Of a DNA stretch of 64,000 nucleotides, positions 20,028-29,871 are shown one piece after another. Position 1 is the stretch's first letter. Every line of letters begins with the position of its first letter. A program made the position numbers and the translations under genes. Under the pieces are notes generated by a model that was given only the letters and a program-made list of their open reading frames with translations, searched no databases and had not been told where the DNA came from. The stretch comes from Thermodesulfobacteriota bacterium (GTDB lineage: Bacteria > Desulfobacterota_D > UBA1144 > Nemesobacterales > Mycalebacteriaceae), in the NCBI GenBank assembly GCA_965226585.1, contig OZ245366.1, positions 128,001 to 192,000 on the forward strand. Direction: 5' to 3'.

Positions 20028-21236
20028 TCAGCTAAGCGGCTGATTTCCCAGCAGTATTGTGCTGTGCGCCGAAACGATTCCGCCGTTTCCGTGAACAAGG
20101 GCGACTTCCGCGCCGTCAACCTGTCTTTTGCCCGCCGTGCCGCGAAGCTGGAGAGTTGCCTCCACAACGTGGTGCATCGCCCCGAGGTGCGCCTGAGACA
20201 GAAGCCCGCCGTGCGTGTTGACCGGAAGGTCTTTGCCTCTTTCCATTCTGCCCTCAAGGGCAAACGGGCCGCCCTCTCCGGGCTTCACAAATCCGAGACC
20301 TTCAAGTTCAAGAAGAACCGTTATCGTAAAGCAGTCGTAGAGGTAGGCGAGGTCAACATCGTCTTTGGTGATTCCGGCGGTGCCGAATGCCTTGTCGCCG
20401 GAGGCTTTGACCGCCCCGTATATCTGCCCGAGGTCGTTAAGCGTGGTGAGGTACTGGTGCGAGTATCCCTGCCCCATTCCCCACATGTACGCGAGTTTGT
20501 TGTCTATGCCGAGCTCTTTCGCCTTGGCTTCGGTGGTAACGATAAAAGCGCATCCGCCGTCCGAGATGATTGAGCAGTCGTATTTTGTAAGCGGCTCTGC
20601 GATAACACGCGACTCAAGCACTTCCTCAATGGTAAGCGGCTCTTTGTTCATCGCGTTTTCTTTGTCTGCGGCGTGTTTTCTCATCGTTGTGGCAACCGCC
20701 GCAAGGTGCTCCCTGCTGTTGCCGTATTCGTGCAAATACCTTTGCGCCGCAAGCGCGTATCCGCCGGGAGTCGTAAGCCCGTAGGGAAACTCAAACTCCG
20801 CGTGGCACATCTCTCTTATAAGGGCGACCATTCCCGAAGATGATATTCCCGAAAGCGTGTTGTCTCCTCTTACGCAGAGAACAACCTCAGCCTGTCCCGA
20901 AGATATCGCCATTGCCGCCTCCGCCGCCATCCACACGGCGGTTGAGCCGCCCACGGCGATGGAAGAGAAAAACTTCGGGTTCATTCCGAAGTAGTCGGCA
21001 AAAGTTGTGCAGTGCATAAAGGTCTGCTCCACAAGCGAAAACGCCGTTACAAGCCCGTCAACATCTGTTTTTTTGATTCCGGCGTCTTCAATCGCAATCT
21101 TTGACGCTTCGGAGAGAAAGTGGAAAGAACTCTTGTCGGGTATCTTTCCCTGATCTGTTTCGCCCACTCCGGCGATGACAATTTTGTGTTTTTTGAGAAG
21201 CTCGCGGGCTTCTTTCATTCCAAGTTCTGCGCTCAT
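20028..21236 (-). CDS. Thiolase-like protein (SCP-x/Ltp2-related)
   Basis: IAGVGET, IAEPLTKYDCSIISDGG, LYDCFT and PVNTHGGLLS motifs. Confidence 0.92.
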   Translation of the reverse strand: MSAELGMKEARELLKKHKIVIAGVGETDQGKIPDKSSFHFLSEASKIAIEDAGIKKTDVDGLVTAFSLVEQTFMHCTTFADYFGMNPKFFSSIAVGGSTAVWMAAEAAMAISSGQAEVVLCVRGDNTLSGISSSGMVALIREMCHAEFEFPYGLTTPGGYALAAQRYLHEYGNSREHLAAVATTMRKHAADKENAMNKEPLTIEEVLESRVIAEPLTKYDCSIISDGGCAFIVTTEAKAKELGIDNKLAYMWGMGQGYSHQYLTTLNDLGQIYGAVKASGDKAFGTAGITKDDVDLAYLYDCFTITVLLELEGLGFVKPGEGGPFALEGRMERGKDLPVNTHGGLLSQAHLGAMHHVVEATLQLRGTAGKRQVDGAEVALVHGNGGIVSAHSTILLGNQPLS

Positions 21237-21296
21237 TGAAAATACTCCCCCCTTGTATTGGATGAACAGGGCTTTATACTACGGATGAAGCGGTGA

Positions 21297-21638
21297 ATGT
21301 CAACAACGGAAACCGGGTTTTTTGAATTGGCGGTTTTAAACAAACAGGAAGCCGGCAAACGGCTGAAAAAGCTGAACTCCCTCTCAGACACACTCTGGAA
21401 AGCGGGCGCGAAAAGCATCAGCGCGAACTTCACACTGTCAAATTTTCAGGACGCCCTAGCGTTTGTGGTTTGCGCGGGGATTGAGGCGGAAAAGGCGAAC
21501 CATCACCCGGATATCCTCATGCACGGATGGAAAAAGGTGAAGATAACCCTCTCAACACACAGCGAAGGCGGAATAACGGCAAAAGATTTTTCTCTTGCCG
21601 GCAAAATCTCAAAACTATCGGGGGTAAAAACGCGATGA
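21297..21638 (+). CDS. phhB: Pterin-4-alpha-carbinolamine dehydratase
   Basis: AEKANHHPDI and LSTHSEGGITAKD motifs. Confidence 0.92.
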   Translation: MSTTETGFFELAVLNKQEAGKRLKKLNSLSDTLWKAGAKSISANFTLSNFQDALAFVVCAGIEAEKANHHPDILMHGWKKVKITLSTHSEGGITAKDFSLAGKISKLSGVKTR

Positions 21639-22039
21639 AAATTTCTTCAGTCAACTGGCAGTCTGTCACAGTGGCGTCAATCGCCGGGCTTGGTCTCGGA
21701 ACGCTCTGGTATCATCCGTCCGTTTTCGGGTCGGTTTTTATGGATTTCATGGGCGTTGCGGAGCATGAGTACGACACAAGGAAGATAGCGATTGAGTTTG
21801 TCCAGCAGTTTCTCACGTGCCTTGCGATTGCGATTGTAGCGACAAGCGCGGGCATGAAAACGGTGGAAGACGCGTTCAAACTGAGCGTTGTGATAGGGCT
21901 TGGCGTTTGCGGCTCCATTGTGCTTTCCCAGCACACGTGGGCGGAACTGCCGCCCCTGCTGACTGCGGTGGACATAGGACACGACTATGTGAACGCTCTG
22001 GTTTTCTCTCTCTTCGCCTGCCTGTGGCGCAAAGCATAA
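21635..22039 (+). CDS. DUF1761-family membrane protein
   Basis: VNW...GLGTLWYHPSVFG, four TM segments, IDIGH-like motif; start overlaps phhB stop. Confidence 0.75.
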   Translation: MKISSVNWQSVTVASIAGLGLGTLWYHPSVFGSVFMDFMGVAEHEYDTRKIAIEFVQQFLTCLAIAIVATSAGMKTVEDAFKLSVVIGLGVCGSIVLSQHTWAELPPLLTAVDIGHDYVNALVFSLFACLWRKA

Positions 22040-22078
22040 AACGCCCTTAATTAAGAGCGGGAGCAAAAAAACTCAACA

Positions 22079-23542
22079 ATGGTATTAGCAAGTTTTATTT
22101 TTTTCATGGCGCTTTTTCTCGCGCTTGGCATAATCGCCTCGCGCCGTTCAAGGGGCAGCAGCAAAGACTATATGCTTGCAGGCCGCGAGATTCCGCCGTT
22201 TCTCACCGCGCTTTCCGCCGCATCAACCTGTAACAGCGGTTTCTGGTTCACGGCGATGATAGGTTTTGTCTATCTGCACGGCTTCCACACGGTGTGGGTT
22301 GTCGCGGGTTTCACCGTGGGCGACCTTATGATGTCTCTCCGCGTCTATCCGGGGGTGCGCAGTGTGTCTGAATCGCGGGGGGCAATCACCTTTTCCGAAC
22401 TGCTTGCGCGCTGGACGGGGGAAGAGTTCCGGTACGTGCGTCTGGCGTGCGCTTTTCTGACGCTGTTTTTCCTCTCCGTTTACGCGGGGGCGCAGTTTTT
22501 TGCCGGAGGAAAGGCGTTTTCCGCCCTTTTCCCTTCGCTTGGTGAAGACAGGGCTGTGATTGCGGGCATATTGACGGGCGCGGTTTTGGTTCTGTTCTAC
22601 TGCTACCGGGGCGGGCTTCGCGCCTCCATCTGGACGGACACGGCGCAGGCGATTGTGATGCTGGGCGCGATGGGAATCATAACGGTTTTCACCGTAAAAG
22701 AGGTTGGCGGCATCGTTCCGCTTATTGACGCGATTTCAAACATAGAGCCGCATTTCCGCGAATGGGCTCCGGTTGGGGCGCACAGCAAAGACCAGCACAC
22801 CGCAAGCGGCATCATGGCTCCGCTTGGAAATGTGAGCGGATTCGCGCTGTTTCTTCTCGGCTGGATAGCCGGGGGCGCGGGAGCCGCCGGACAGCCGCAC
22901 TTCATGGTGCGTTTTATGGCGATGCGCTCGGTAAAAGACATGGCAAGGTTCAGAATCTACTACTACTCGTGGTCAACGCTTCTGGGGATTTTCGCGATAG
23001 TGTGCGGTTTTGCGGTGCGTCTGCTTGTAACGGAAATTAACGACACGGAGCGCGCCCTGTCGGTTCTGTCTCTTGAACTGCTTCCGCCCGCCCTTGCCGG
23101 GCTTATGCTTGCGGGCGTGTTTTCCGCCACAATCTCAACGGCGGATTCTCAGGTGCTGAGTTGTTCGGCAACACTTTCACACGACCTGCTTCCCGCAACG
23201 GATGATGAAAAAAAGCGTTCCCGCAGAAACCGTTTCAGCACGGTTGCCATAGTGGTGTTAGCGGTTGTGATAACACTGCTTGCGCGCGGCACAAGCATAT
23301 TCTCTCTGATACTGCTCGCATGGGGCGTTCTGGCGTCTGCGTTTGTTCCCCTGCTTGTGGTCTATGTGTACGGCGGGCGGGTGCCGCAGTGGATGGCGCT
23401 GTGCATGATGGCGGGCGGAATCGCGGCACTGTTTTTCTGGAGAGATTTCCAGTTAAAAGGCAAAGTGTATGAGGTTCTTCCCGGAATTGTCGGCGGTTTC
23501 GCGGTCTATGCGGCGTACAGAATCTGGCGGCGTCTTCTCTAA
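22079..23542 (+). CDS. putP: Sodium:solute (proline-type) symporter
   Basis: DYMLAGR, ALSAA, GGLRASIWTD, GQPHFMVRFMA and ISTADSQVL motifs. Confidence 0.85.
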   Translation: MVLASFIFFMALFLALGIIASRRSRGSSKDYMLAGREIPPFLTALSAASTCNSGFWFTAMIGFVYLHGFHTVWVVAGFTVGDLMMSLRVYPGVRSVSESRGAITFSELLARWTGEEFRYVRLACAFLTLFFLSVYAGAQFFAGGKAFSALFPSLGEDRAVIAGILTGAVLVLFYCYRGGLRASIWTDTAQAIVMLGAMGIITVFTVKEVGGIVPLIDAISNIEPHFREWAPVGAHSKDQHTASGIMAPLGNVSGFALFLLGWIAGGAGAAGQPHFMVRFMAMRSVKDMARFRIYYYSWSTLLGIFAIVCGFAVRLLVTEINDTERALSVLSLELLPPALAGLMLAGVFSATISTADSQVLSCSATLSHDLLPATDDEKKRSRRNRFSTVAIVVLAVVITLLARGTSIFSLILLAWGVLASAFVPLLVVYVYGGRVPQWMALCMMAGGIAALFFWRDFQLKGKVYEVLPGIVGGFAVYAAYRIWRRLL

Positions 23543-23550
23543 ACCCTCTC

Positions 23551-26283
23551 TCAAGCCCCGCAACATTTCTTGTATTTCTTTCCGCTTCCGCACGGGCACG
23601 GGTCGTTTCTGCCCGTTTTATCGGAAACGCGGCGGACAGGCGGCGGAGGTGTTTCCATTTCTTCTGACGGGGCGGACAGCACAAGGTTTTGCGCCTCCCT
23701 TTCAATGCGCGGAGCGTCTTCCTCTTGCGCGAGGCGAACGCTGAAAAACTTGTCGCATATCTCCTCCTCATAGGTCGCCATAAGGTTTGCGAACATCTCA
23801 AAACCCTCGTTTTTGTATTCGTAAAGCGGGTCTTTCTGAGCGTATCCGCGCAGTCCGATTCCCTCTCTCAAATGATCCATTGAAAGCAGGTGCTCTTTCC
23901 ACAGCGCGTCAATGGTCTGAAGCATTATGTACCTTCGCACTTCGGGAGCGGCGGAAGGTCCCAGTTCGGTCTCTTTCAGCGTGTGCGCCTCTTCAGCCGC
24001 CTTTTCAAGCCCGCCGTCATCAAAGCCGTCTTCCATATGAAAGATACTGCGCGCCTCTTTAACAACCGCCTCTTTTTCCGCGCCCGAGGCGGTGGAAAGT
24101 TCCTCAGAAAGTTCGCGGGCAACCTTGAGGGCGATGGAGAGAAAATGCTCTCTCAGCGCGTCTCCGCCTTCAAGTATCTGCCGGCGGATATTGTACACAA
24201 CCTCTCTCTGCGTGTTGAGAACGTCATCGTAGTCAAGCAGGTGTTTTCTTATGTCGAAGTTGCGGCTTTCAACCTTTTTCTGCGCGGACTCTATCACCCT
24301 TGTCATCATCCCGTGCTCCATCGGCACTCCCTCTTCCCAGCCGACCATATTCATAATTGAGGCAACCCTTTCGGACGCGAATATTCTCATCAGCGGGTCT
24401 TCAAGCGAGATGTAGAAACGCGATGAGCCGGGGTCTCCCTGCCGTCCCGAACGCCCGCGCAGCTGGTTGTCTATGCGGCGGGATTCGTGCCTTTCAGAGC
24501 CGATGATGTGGAGCCCTCCCAGTTTGAGAATCTTCTCCCTTTCGCTCAGGCAATTCGCGCGCGCGGCGGTGAGAGCCTGTTCGGGGGTTTGTGTGCCGGG
24601 GGATTTTTCAAGGGCGGCGCGGGCGAGGAATTCGGGATTTCCGCCAAGCACGATGTCTGTTCCTCTTCCCGCCATGTTGGTTGCGATTGTAACCGCCCCG
24701 GCGCTTCCCGCCTGAGCCACAATCTCCGCCTCTTTCGCGTGATTTTTCGCGTTCAGAACTTGATGGGGAACTCCGTCTTTTTTAAGAATTCCGGATATTT
24801 TTTCAGACTGTTCTATGGATGCCGTTCCGACAAGAACGGGACTGCCGCCGGAGTTGAGTGTTTTTATCTCGTCGCATATGGCGCGGTTTTTTTCCGCTTC
24901 CGTTCTGTACACAACGTCATCGCAATCCTCTCTCACCATCTCTCTGTGCGTTGGCACAATGGAAACGTCAAGTTTGTATATTTTCTGAAACTCAAACGCC
25001 TCCGTGTCGGCGGTTCCGGTCATTCCCGAAAGTTTTTCATACATACGAAAATAGTTCTGAAGCGTTATTGTGGCAAGCGTCTGATTTTCTTCCTCTATAT
25101 CCGCGTTTTCCTTCGCTTCAACCGCCTGATGAAGTCCGTCTCCCCATCTCCGCCCTTCCATAATCCGCCCGGTGAATTCGTCCACAATCACCACTTTGCC
25201 TTCTCTCACCATATAGTCCACATCCTTATGAAACAGGTGCCGCGCCCTCAGGGCTTGGTTGACGCAGTGAAGCGTTTCAAGGCTCGCGGGGTCGTAGAGG
25301 TTTGCCACTCCGAGGGCGGATTCCACGCGCGATATGCCTTGCTCGGTAAGTTCGGCGCGGCGGTTTTTTTCATCAACGGAAAAGTCTTCTCCGGTTGAGA
25401 GTGGAGCCACCACGCGGTCTATTTTGTTGTAGATATCGGTGGATTTTCCGGAGGGTCCTGAGATTATGAGGGGAGTTCGGGCTTCGTCTATAAGTATGCT
25501 GTCAACCTCGTCAACGATGGCGAAAAAGTGTCCGCGCTGAGAGTATTCTTCAAGGCTGAACGCCATGTTGTCGCGAAGGTAGTCAAAGCCGAATTCGTTG
25601 TTTGTGCCGTAAGTGATATCGCAGGCGTACGCTTCAGTTTTTGAGCACGGGGTGAGTGTGCATTTGAAGGCGGATACTGCCCGGAGGTTCTGGGCTTTTT
25701 CCTCTCCCTGCCAGGCAGACATATTTTCTTTCAGGGCTTCCGTGGCTTTTTCTTCGTCTTCCCACTGCGCGCGATATGACGCGCCTGAGTTTATAACGCC
25801 GACTTCAAGTCCCAGAAGTTTATAGACGGGAGCCATCCACAGGGCGTCTCTTCCCGCGAGGTAGTCGTTAACGGTAACGAGGTGCGCTCCTTTTCCCGCG
25901 AGGGCGTTCAGGCAGAGGGCGGGAACGGCGACAAGGGTTTTTCCCTCTCCGGTTTTCATTTCCGCCACAGAGCCCCGGTGGAGAACAAGGGCGCCGATTA
26001 TCTGGACATCAAACAGCCGCATGCCGAGTGTTCTGCAAGCCGCTTCTCTTGCGAGGGCAAATGCCTGAGGCATGATTTCGGAAAACTTTTTCTCTTTTTC
26101 CTCTGTTGAGGAGTTTTGCGGAATTTGAGAGCGGAGTTCCGCTGTTTTTTCCGCGATTTGCGCGTTAGACAGCGCAGACACCTCTTCTTCAAGGGCGTTC
26201 ACGCTTTCCACAACGGAATACATACGCCGTATTCTGCGGGCGTTCTGGGTTCCGACTATCTTTCTGAAAAGTTCTGTCAGCAT
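23551..26283 (-). CDS. secA: Preprotein translocase ATPase SecA
   Basis: [35 protein letters not shown] motifs; SEC-C tail [18 protein letters not shown]. Confidence 0.99.
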   Translation of the reverse strand: MLTELFRKIVGTQNARRIRRMYSVVESVNALEEEVSALSNAQIAEKTAELRSQIPQNSSTEEKEKKFSEIMPQAFALAREAACRTLGMRLFDVQIIGALVLHRGSVAEMKTGEGKTLVAVPALCLNALAGKGAHLVTVNDYLAGRDALWMAPVYKLLGLEVGVINSGASYRAQWEDEEKATEALKENMSAWQGEEKAQNLRAVSAFKCTLTPCSKTEAYACDITYGTNNEFGFDYLRDNMAFSLEEYSQRGHFFAIVDEVDSILIDEARTPLIISGPSGKSTDIYNKIDRVVAPLSTGEDFSVDEKNRRAELTEQGISRVESALGVANLYDPASLETLHCVNQALRARHLFHKDVDYMVREGKVVIVDEFTGRIMEGRRWGDGLHQAVEAKENADIEEENQTLATITLQNYFRMYEKLSGMTGTADTEAFEFQKIYKLDVSIVPTHREMVREDCDDVVYRTEAEKNRAICDEIKTLNSGGSPVLVGTASIEQSEKISGILKKDGVPHQVLNAKNHAKEAEIVAQAGSAGAVTIATNMAGRGTDIVLGGNPEFLARAALEKSPGTQTPEQALTAARANCLSEREKILKLGGLHIIGSERHESRRIDNQLRGRSGRQGDPGSSRFYISLEDPLMRIFASERVASIMNMVGWEEGVPMEHGMMTRVIESAQKKVESRNFDIRKHLLDYDDVLNTQREVVYNIRRQILEGGDALREHFLSIALKVARELSEELSTASGAEKEAVVKEARSIFHMEDGFDDGGLEKAAEEAHTLKETELGPSAAPEVRRYIMLQTIDALWKEHLLSMDHLREGIGLRGYAQKDPLYEYKNEGFEMFANLMATYEEEICDKFFSVRLAQEEDAPRIEREAQNLVLSAPSEEMETPPPPVRRVSDKTGRNDPCPCGSGKKYKKCCGA

Positions 26284-26352
26284 TAAGGGCGTATTGTATC
26301 ACAAACGGGCGGGAAAGGGGCTTGGCGGGAGCGGGAGCGGCGGACGGAAAAT

Positions 26353-26408
26353 ATACAAGTAAGCATACAAGTAGGCATACAAGTAGACATACAAGTAACA
26401 AACAAGTA
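26353..26408 (+). repeat. 12-bp-period tandem direct repeat, core ATACAAGTA (4 exact copies plus 1 variant)
   Basis: ATACAAGTA at 26353, 26365, 26377 and 26389; AAACAAGTA at 26400; ends 10 bp before the fic ATG. Confidence 0.95.
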
Positions 26409-26418
26409 AAATGAGTCC

Positions 26419-27429
26419 ATGTCAGCCGGAAAACAGGCAAAACCGCCTTATGAAATCACGCCCGCAATTTTGCGGAATGTTGTGGAGATAGGCGAACTTC
26501 TGGGCACGCTCAAAGCCCATTCGGGTTGGGGTTCAAAGCCCCGCCTGAGCCGTGTGAACCGTATAAAAACGATACAGGGAACACTTGAGATAGAGGGAAA
26601 CACTTTGTCGCGTGAGCAGGTAACGGCGGTTCTTGAAGGCAAGGCGGTGCTTGCGCCGCCGCGTGAAATACAAGAGGTGAAAAACGCTTTTGCGGCGTAT
26701 GACAAACTGTCTGAACTTGTGCCGCATTCTCAAAAATCGTTGTTTGACTCTCACAAATTGATGATGTTCGGGCTTGTTGATGACCTGGGGTGTTTCCGTT
26801 CCGGAAATGTGGGGGTTCGCGGCGCGGAGGGAGTTGTTCATGTCGCGCCTCCGGTGAAACAGGTTTCCGGGCTTATGAAAAATCTTTTGGGGTGGCTTAA
26901 AGAAACTGATGAGCACCCTTTGATTGCGAGTTCCGTTTTTCATTACGAGTTTGAGGTAATCCATCCGTTTCAAGACGGCAACGGCAGAATGGGGCGTCTT
27001 TGGCAGACGTTGATTTTGGGTATATGGAACTCCGTTTTCAATTTCTTGCCTGTTGAGAACATGATTAGAGACCACCGTGAGAACTATTACGATGCGTTAA
27101 ACGCTTGCAACAAGGCGGGTGAATCAACGGAGTTTATAGAGTTCGCGCTTAATATGATTAACAAAACCGTTTCCGGCGCGATAGCAGACAGCGCGGCGGG
27201 TGAAGTGGTAACCGGGCAAGTGAAGTCTCTTTTGAAAACCCTCCGTAGACAGCCGCTTAATACTGCGGAGATAATGGGGAAACTGCGTGTAAAAAGCCGT
27301 CTTTCGTTCCGCGAAACCTACTTGATTCCCGCGATTCAAAAAGAACTTGTTGAGATGACAGAACCGGACTCGCCGAGAAGCCCTACACAGAAATATAAAT
27401 TGACTGGTAAAGGGTTAGGGAAGGTGTGA
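26419..27429 (+). CDS. Fic-family AMP transferase with C-terminal winged HTH
   Basis: Intact HPFQDGNGRMGR Fic motif, N-terminal TLEIEGN inhibitory motif, C-terminal PDSPRSPTQKYKLT. Confidence 0.93.
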   Translation: MSAGKQAKPPYEITPAILRNVVEIGELLGTLKAHSGWGSKPRLSRVNRIKTIQGTLEIEGNTLSREQVTAVLEGKAVLAPPREIQEVKNAFAAYDKLSELVPHSQKSLFDSHKLMMFGLVDDLGCFRSGNVGVRGAEGVVHVAPPVKQVSGLMKNLLGWLKETDEHPLIASSVFHYEFEVIHPFQDGNGRMGRLWQTLILGIWNSVFNFLPVENMIRDHRENYYDALNACNKAGESTEFIEFALNMINKTVSGAIADSAAGEVVTGQVKSLLKTLRRQPLNTAEIMGKLRVKSRLSFRETYLIPAIQKELVEMTEPDSPRSPTQKYKLTGKGLGKV

Positions 27430-27522
27430 TGAGAGGTTTTTACACAGGTTGAAATGGTTAAGCCACTTGAAATTTGAACGTAACTTGTTTTGAATAACAG
27501 GCAATCTGTTGAGAATGATTTT

Positions 27523-29871
27523 ATGAGCCAAACACCCAGATTTGCTAAAAGCAGCTTATCCAAACAGACTGCAGAAAAATTCCTTCGGGCTGTGTCCACA
27601 GAGGAAGTTAAAAGTATTCTGGAAAGCCAGCCTGAATTCGATTCCAATGAAAATTGGAGACCTTACGGGCAAGCAGAGAAAAACTGGGACAGGGTCGGCG
27701 TCCAAACCAGTGAGCCTGTCGGAGCACTCGCAGAACTGATTATCAACTCCATTGATGCAATCCTCATGCGAAGAGCAAAAGAAGAAGGCGTAGATACATC
27801 AAGTGAGTCAGCCCCGAAGAATATGAGGGAGGCAGTAAAGCTCTTTTTCCCTGAAGTGTTGGAGGGAAAATTGACCCTTTTGAGTCAGGAGCAAAGAACG
27901 AGGTTAGCTGAAAAAAGCGTACTGATTGGTATTAAAAGAACGGGAAGAAAAAACGACTTATGCCCTAACTATACAATAGTTGATTTTGGAGAAGGTCAAA
28001 ACCACGGAGATTTTGAAAAAACTTTTCTTTCTTTGGGAGAAAAGAACAAGGAGGGAATCCCGTTTGTTCAAGGTCGCTTTAACATGGGCAGCACCGGGTC
28101 AATAACATTTTGTACAAGGGCTGACATCAGAAGCGGAATGTACAAATTTGTTCTTTCTAAGAGCAATGTAGAAAGTTCCGATGGCCTGTGGGGGTGGACC
28201 CTTATAAGGGCAAGATCAACTCGTGCGGGAGAGCAACTGCCCGTAATTGAGTACTTCTGCCCAAACGGAGAGATTCCCTGTTTTGAGTCTAATGGTATCA
28301 AAGCATTTAACAGAAAGGATATAGGTGTTCTACCGGAGGGCGGCACTGTTGTGAAGCTGTATGAGTACGATATAGGCCCCCGTTCTCGTGCGGTTGATAT
28401 TGGCTTGTATGACGCGCTCACGACAAACCTCATCGACTGTGCACTTCCTATCCGCCTCTACGATTTTGATGCACAACCTACAAAAGGCGGTCTCAGGTCG
28501 GAGGGTATAGCCCCAAGAACTTTCTCAGGGATGAAGACAGTTTTGGGGTCTGACGACGAAAAAGATGAGCCAGGCAAAGTAGATATTAAAGGTACTACGG
28601 AGAATTCTGAGAACCCAAGCCTAGGAACAATTCGCATATCCTATTTTGGTCTGGACAAAATGAAAGACTATTTGAGAAACTACAGTTACAGAATGTTTTA
28701 CACGATTAACGGTCAAACTCAGGCAAAAGAGAGGGCAAGTTTGCTGAGACAGGCGAATCTTGATGACTTGAGAGACCATTTGATAGTTCAAGTTGATTGC
28801 AACAAGATGGATAACACCGCTCGATCCGCCATCTTCAAACCCGACAGGGAGAGAATGGCGGGTATAGAGTTGACCAGAGAATTAAGGCAAATCGTTATAG
28901 AGGCATTGAAAGAAGACAGGCGACTCAGGGAGTACGCTAGGGAAATAAGAAACCGTCGTATATCCGAACAAATAGAGGATGAAGAAAGTAAAAACTTCCT
29001 TTCCGGTCTTGTAAAAGACAGTCCAGACCTTCAGGAACTCTTTGACACTGGGAATATTGTTACTGTCCCGACACAAACTCCAGGAGGAGATGAGAAATAC
29101 GATGGAAAACCATTTCCCTCGTATTTGAATCCCGTAAACTTGGAAGAAGGTAATGTTAAGAGTGTTCCAATTAACACTTACAGACGGATAGAATGTAAAA
29201 CGGATGTTCAAAATGACTATCTGGTAAGAGAAGATAACCAAGGGGAATTTATCCATCCTAAGGCCGAGGAGTTGCCTAATTCGGGATCTCTTCGTAACGG
29301 GAAATTACGTATAAAAGTGAGTCCTCCGGCAGGAGCAAAGGAAGGGGATGAATTTCCTGCTCGATTTGGTTTTGAAGATTCAAACCCCGACAGGACCGAA
29401 CCTTTGACTTTTGATATGACAATTAAGATTACGGGTGAGGAACCAACAACAAACAACCCTCCCGGAAATGAAACTAAAACGAGAAAGAAATCTGAACCTT
29501 CCAGAGATTTTCCTGACATTTTATTTGTGAGAAAGGAAAATTGGGGCGAACATCGATTTAATGAGGAATCAGGGGCTTATGTTGCCGCTGGAGAGTCTCT
29601 AGCTGTTTTTGTAAATGAAGACAATAAATATCTATCCTCTCTTGTCCGCAAAGAATCTGACGAAGGTAAAAGAAAAATCATCAAATATCGTTTCAGATTT
29701 GGTGTCGGTATTCTCACCTTGGCAATGTATAAAAAACTTGTTTATGATGAAAACGATGAGGACGGGGCTGACGGAAAGGAATATGATGAGGACAAGGTTC
29801 TGCGTCTCGCCTCGTCTTCTATTGCGGCACATGTTGTAACCCTTATTGACAAACTTGGAGGTAACAGGTGA
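27523..29871 (+). CDS. Large uncharacterised protein with a divergent N-terminal GHKL (HATPase_c) ATPase domain
   Basis: Bergerat motifs ALAELIINSIDA, IVDFGEGQ, QGRFNMGSTG and GGTVVKL; alternative TTG start at 27490; stop overlaps the MTase start. Confidence 0.75.
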   Translation: MSQTPRFAKSSLSKQTAEKFLRAVSTEEVKSILESQPEFDSNENWRPYGQAEKNWDRVGVQTSEPVGALAELIINSIDAILMRRAKEEGVDTSSESAPKNMREAVKLFFPEVLEGKLTLLSQEQRTRLAEKSVLIGIKRTGRKNDLCPNYTIVDFGEGQNHGDFEKTFLSLGEKNKEGIPFVQGRFNMGSTGSITFCTRADIRSGMYKFVLSKSNVESSDGLWGWTLIRARSTRAGEQLPVIEYFCPNGEIPCFESNGIKAFNRKDIGVLPEGGTVVKLYEYDIGPRSRAVDIGLYDALTTNLIDCALPIRLYDFDAQPTKGGLRSEGIAPRTFSGMKTVLGSDDEKDEPGKVDIKGTTENSENPSLGTIRISYFGLDKMKDYLRNYSYRMFYTINGQTQAKERASLLRQANLDDLRDHLIVQVDCNKMDNTARSAIFKPDRERMAGIELTRELRQIVIEALKEDRRLREYAREIRNRRISEQIEDEESKNFLSGLVKDSPDLQELFDTGNIVTVPTQTPGGDEKYDGKPFPSYLNPVNLEEGNVKSVPINTYRRIECKTDVQNDYLVREDNQGEFIHPKAEELPNSGSLRNGKLRIKVSPPAGAKEGDEFPARFGFEDSNPDRTEPLTFDMTIKITGEEPTTNNPPGNETKTRKKSEPSRDFPDILFVRKENWGEHRFNEESGAYVAAGESLAVFVNEDNKYLSSLVRKESDEGKRKIIKYRFRFGVGILTLAMYKKLVYDENDEDGADGKEYDEDKVLRLASSSIAAHVVTLIDKLGGNR

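Noticed and set aside
26353..26408. CRISPR array
   Set aside because: 9-bp cores with 3-bp spacers are far too short, and no cas genes are present.
26189..26440. ORF with LLVC repeats
   Set aside because: It is the reverse reading of the 12-bp repeat and overlaps both the secA and fic starts.
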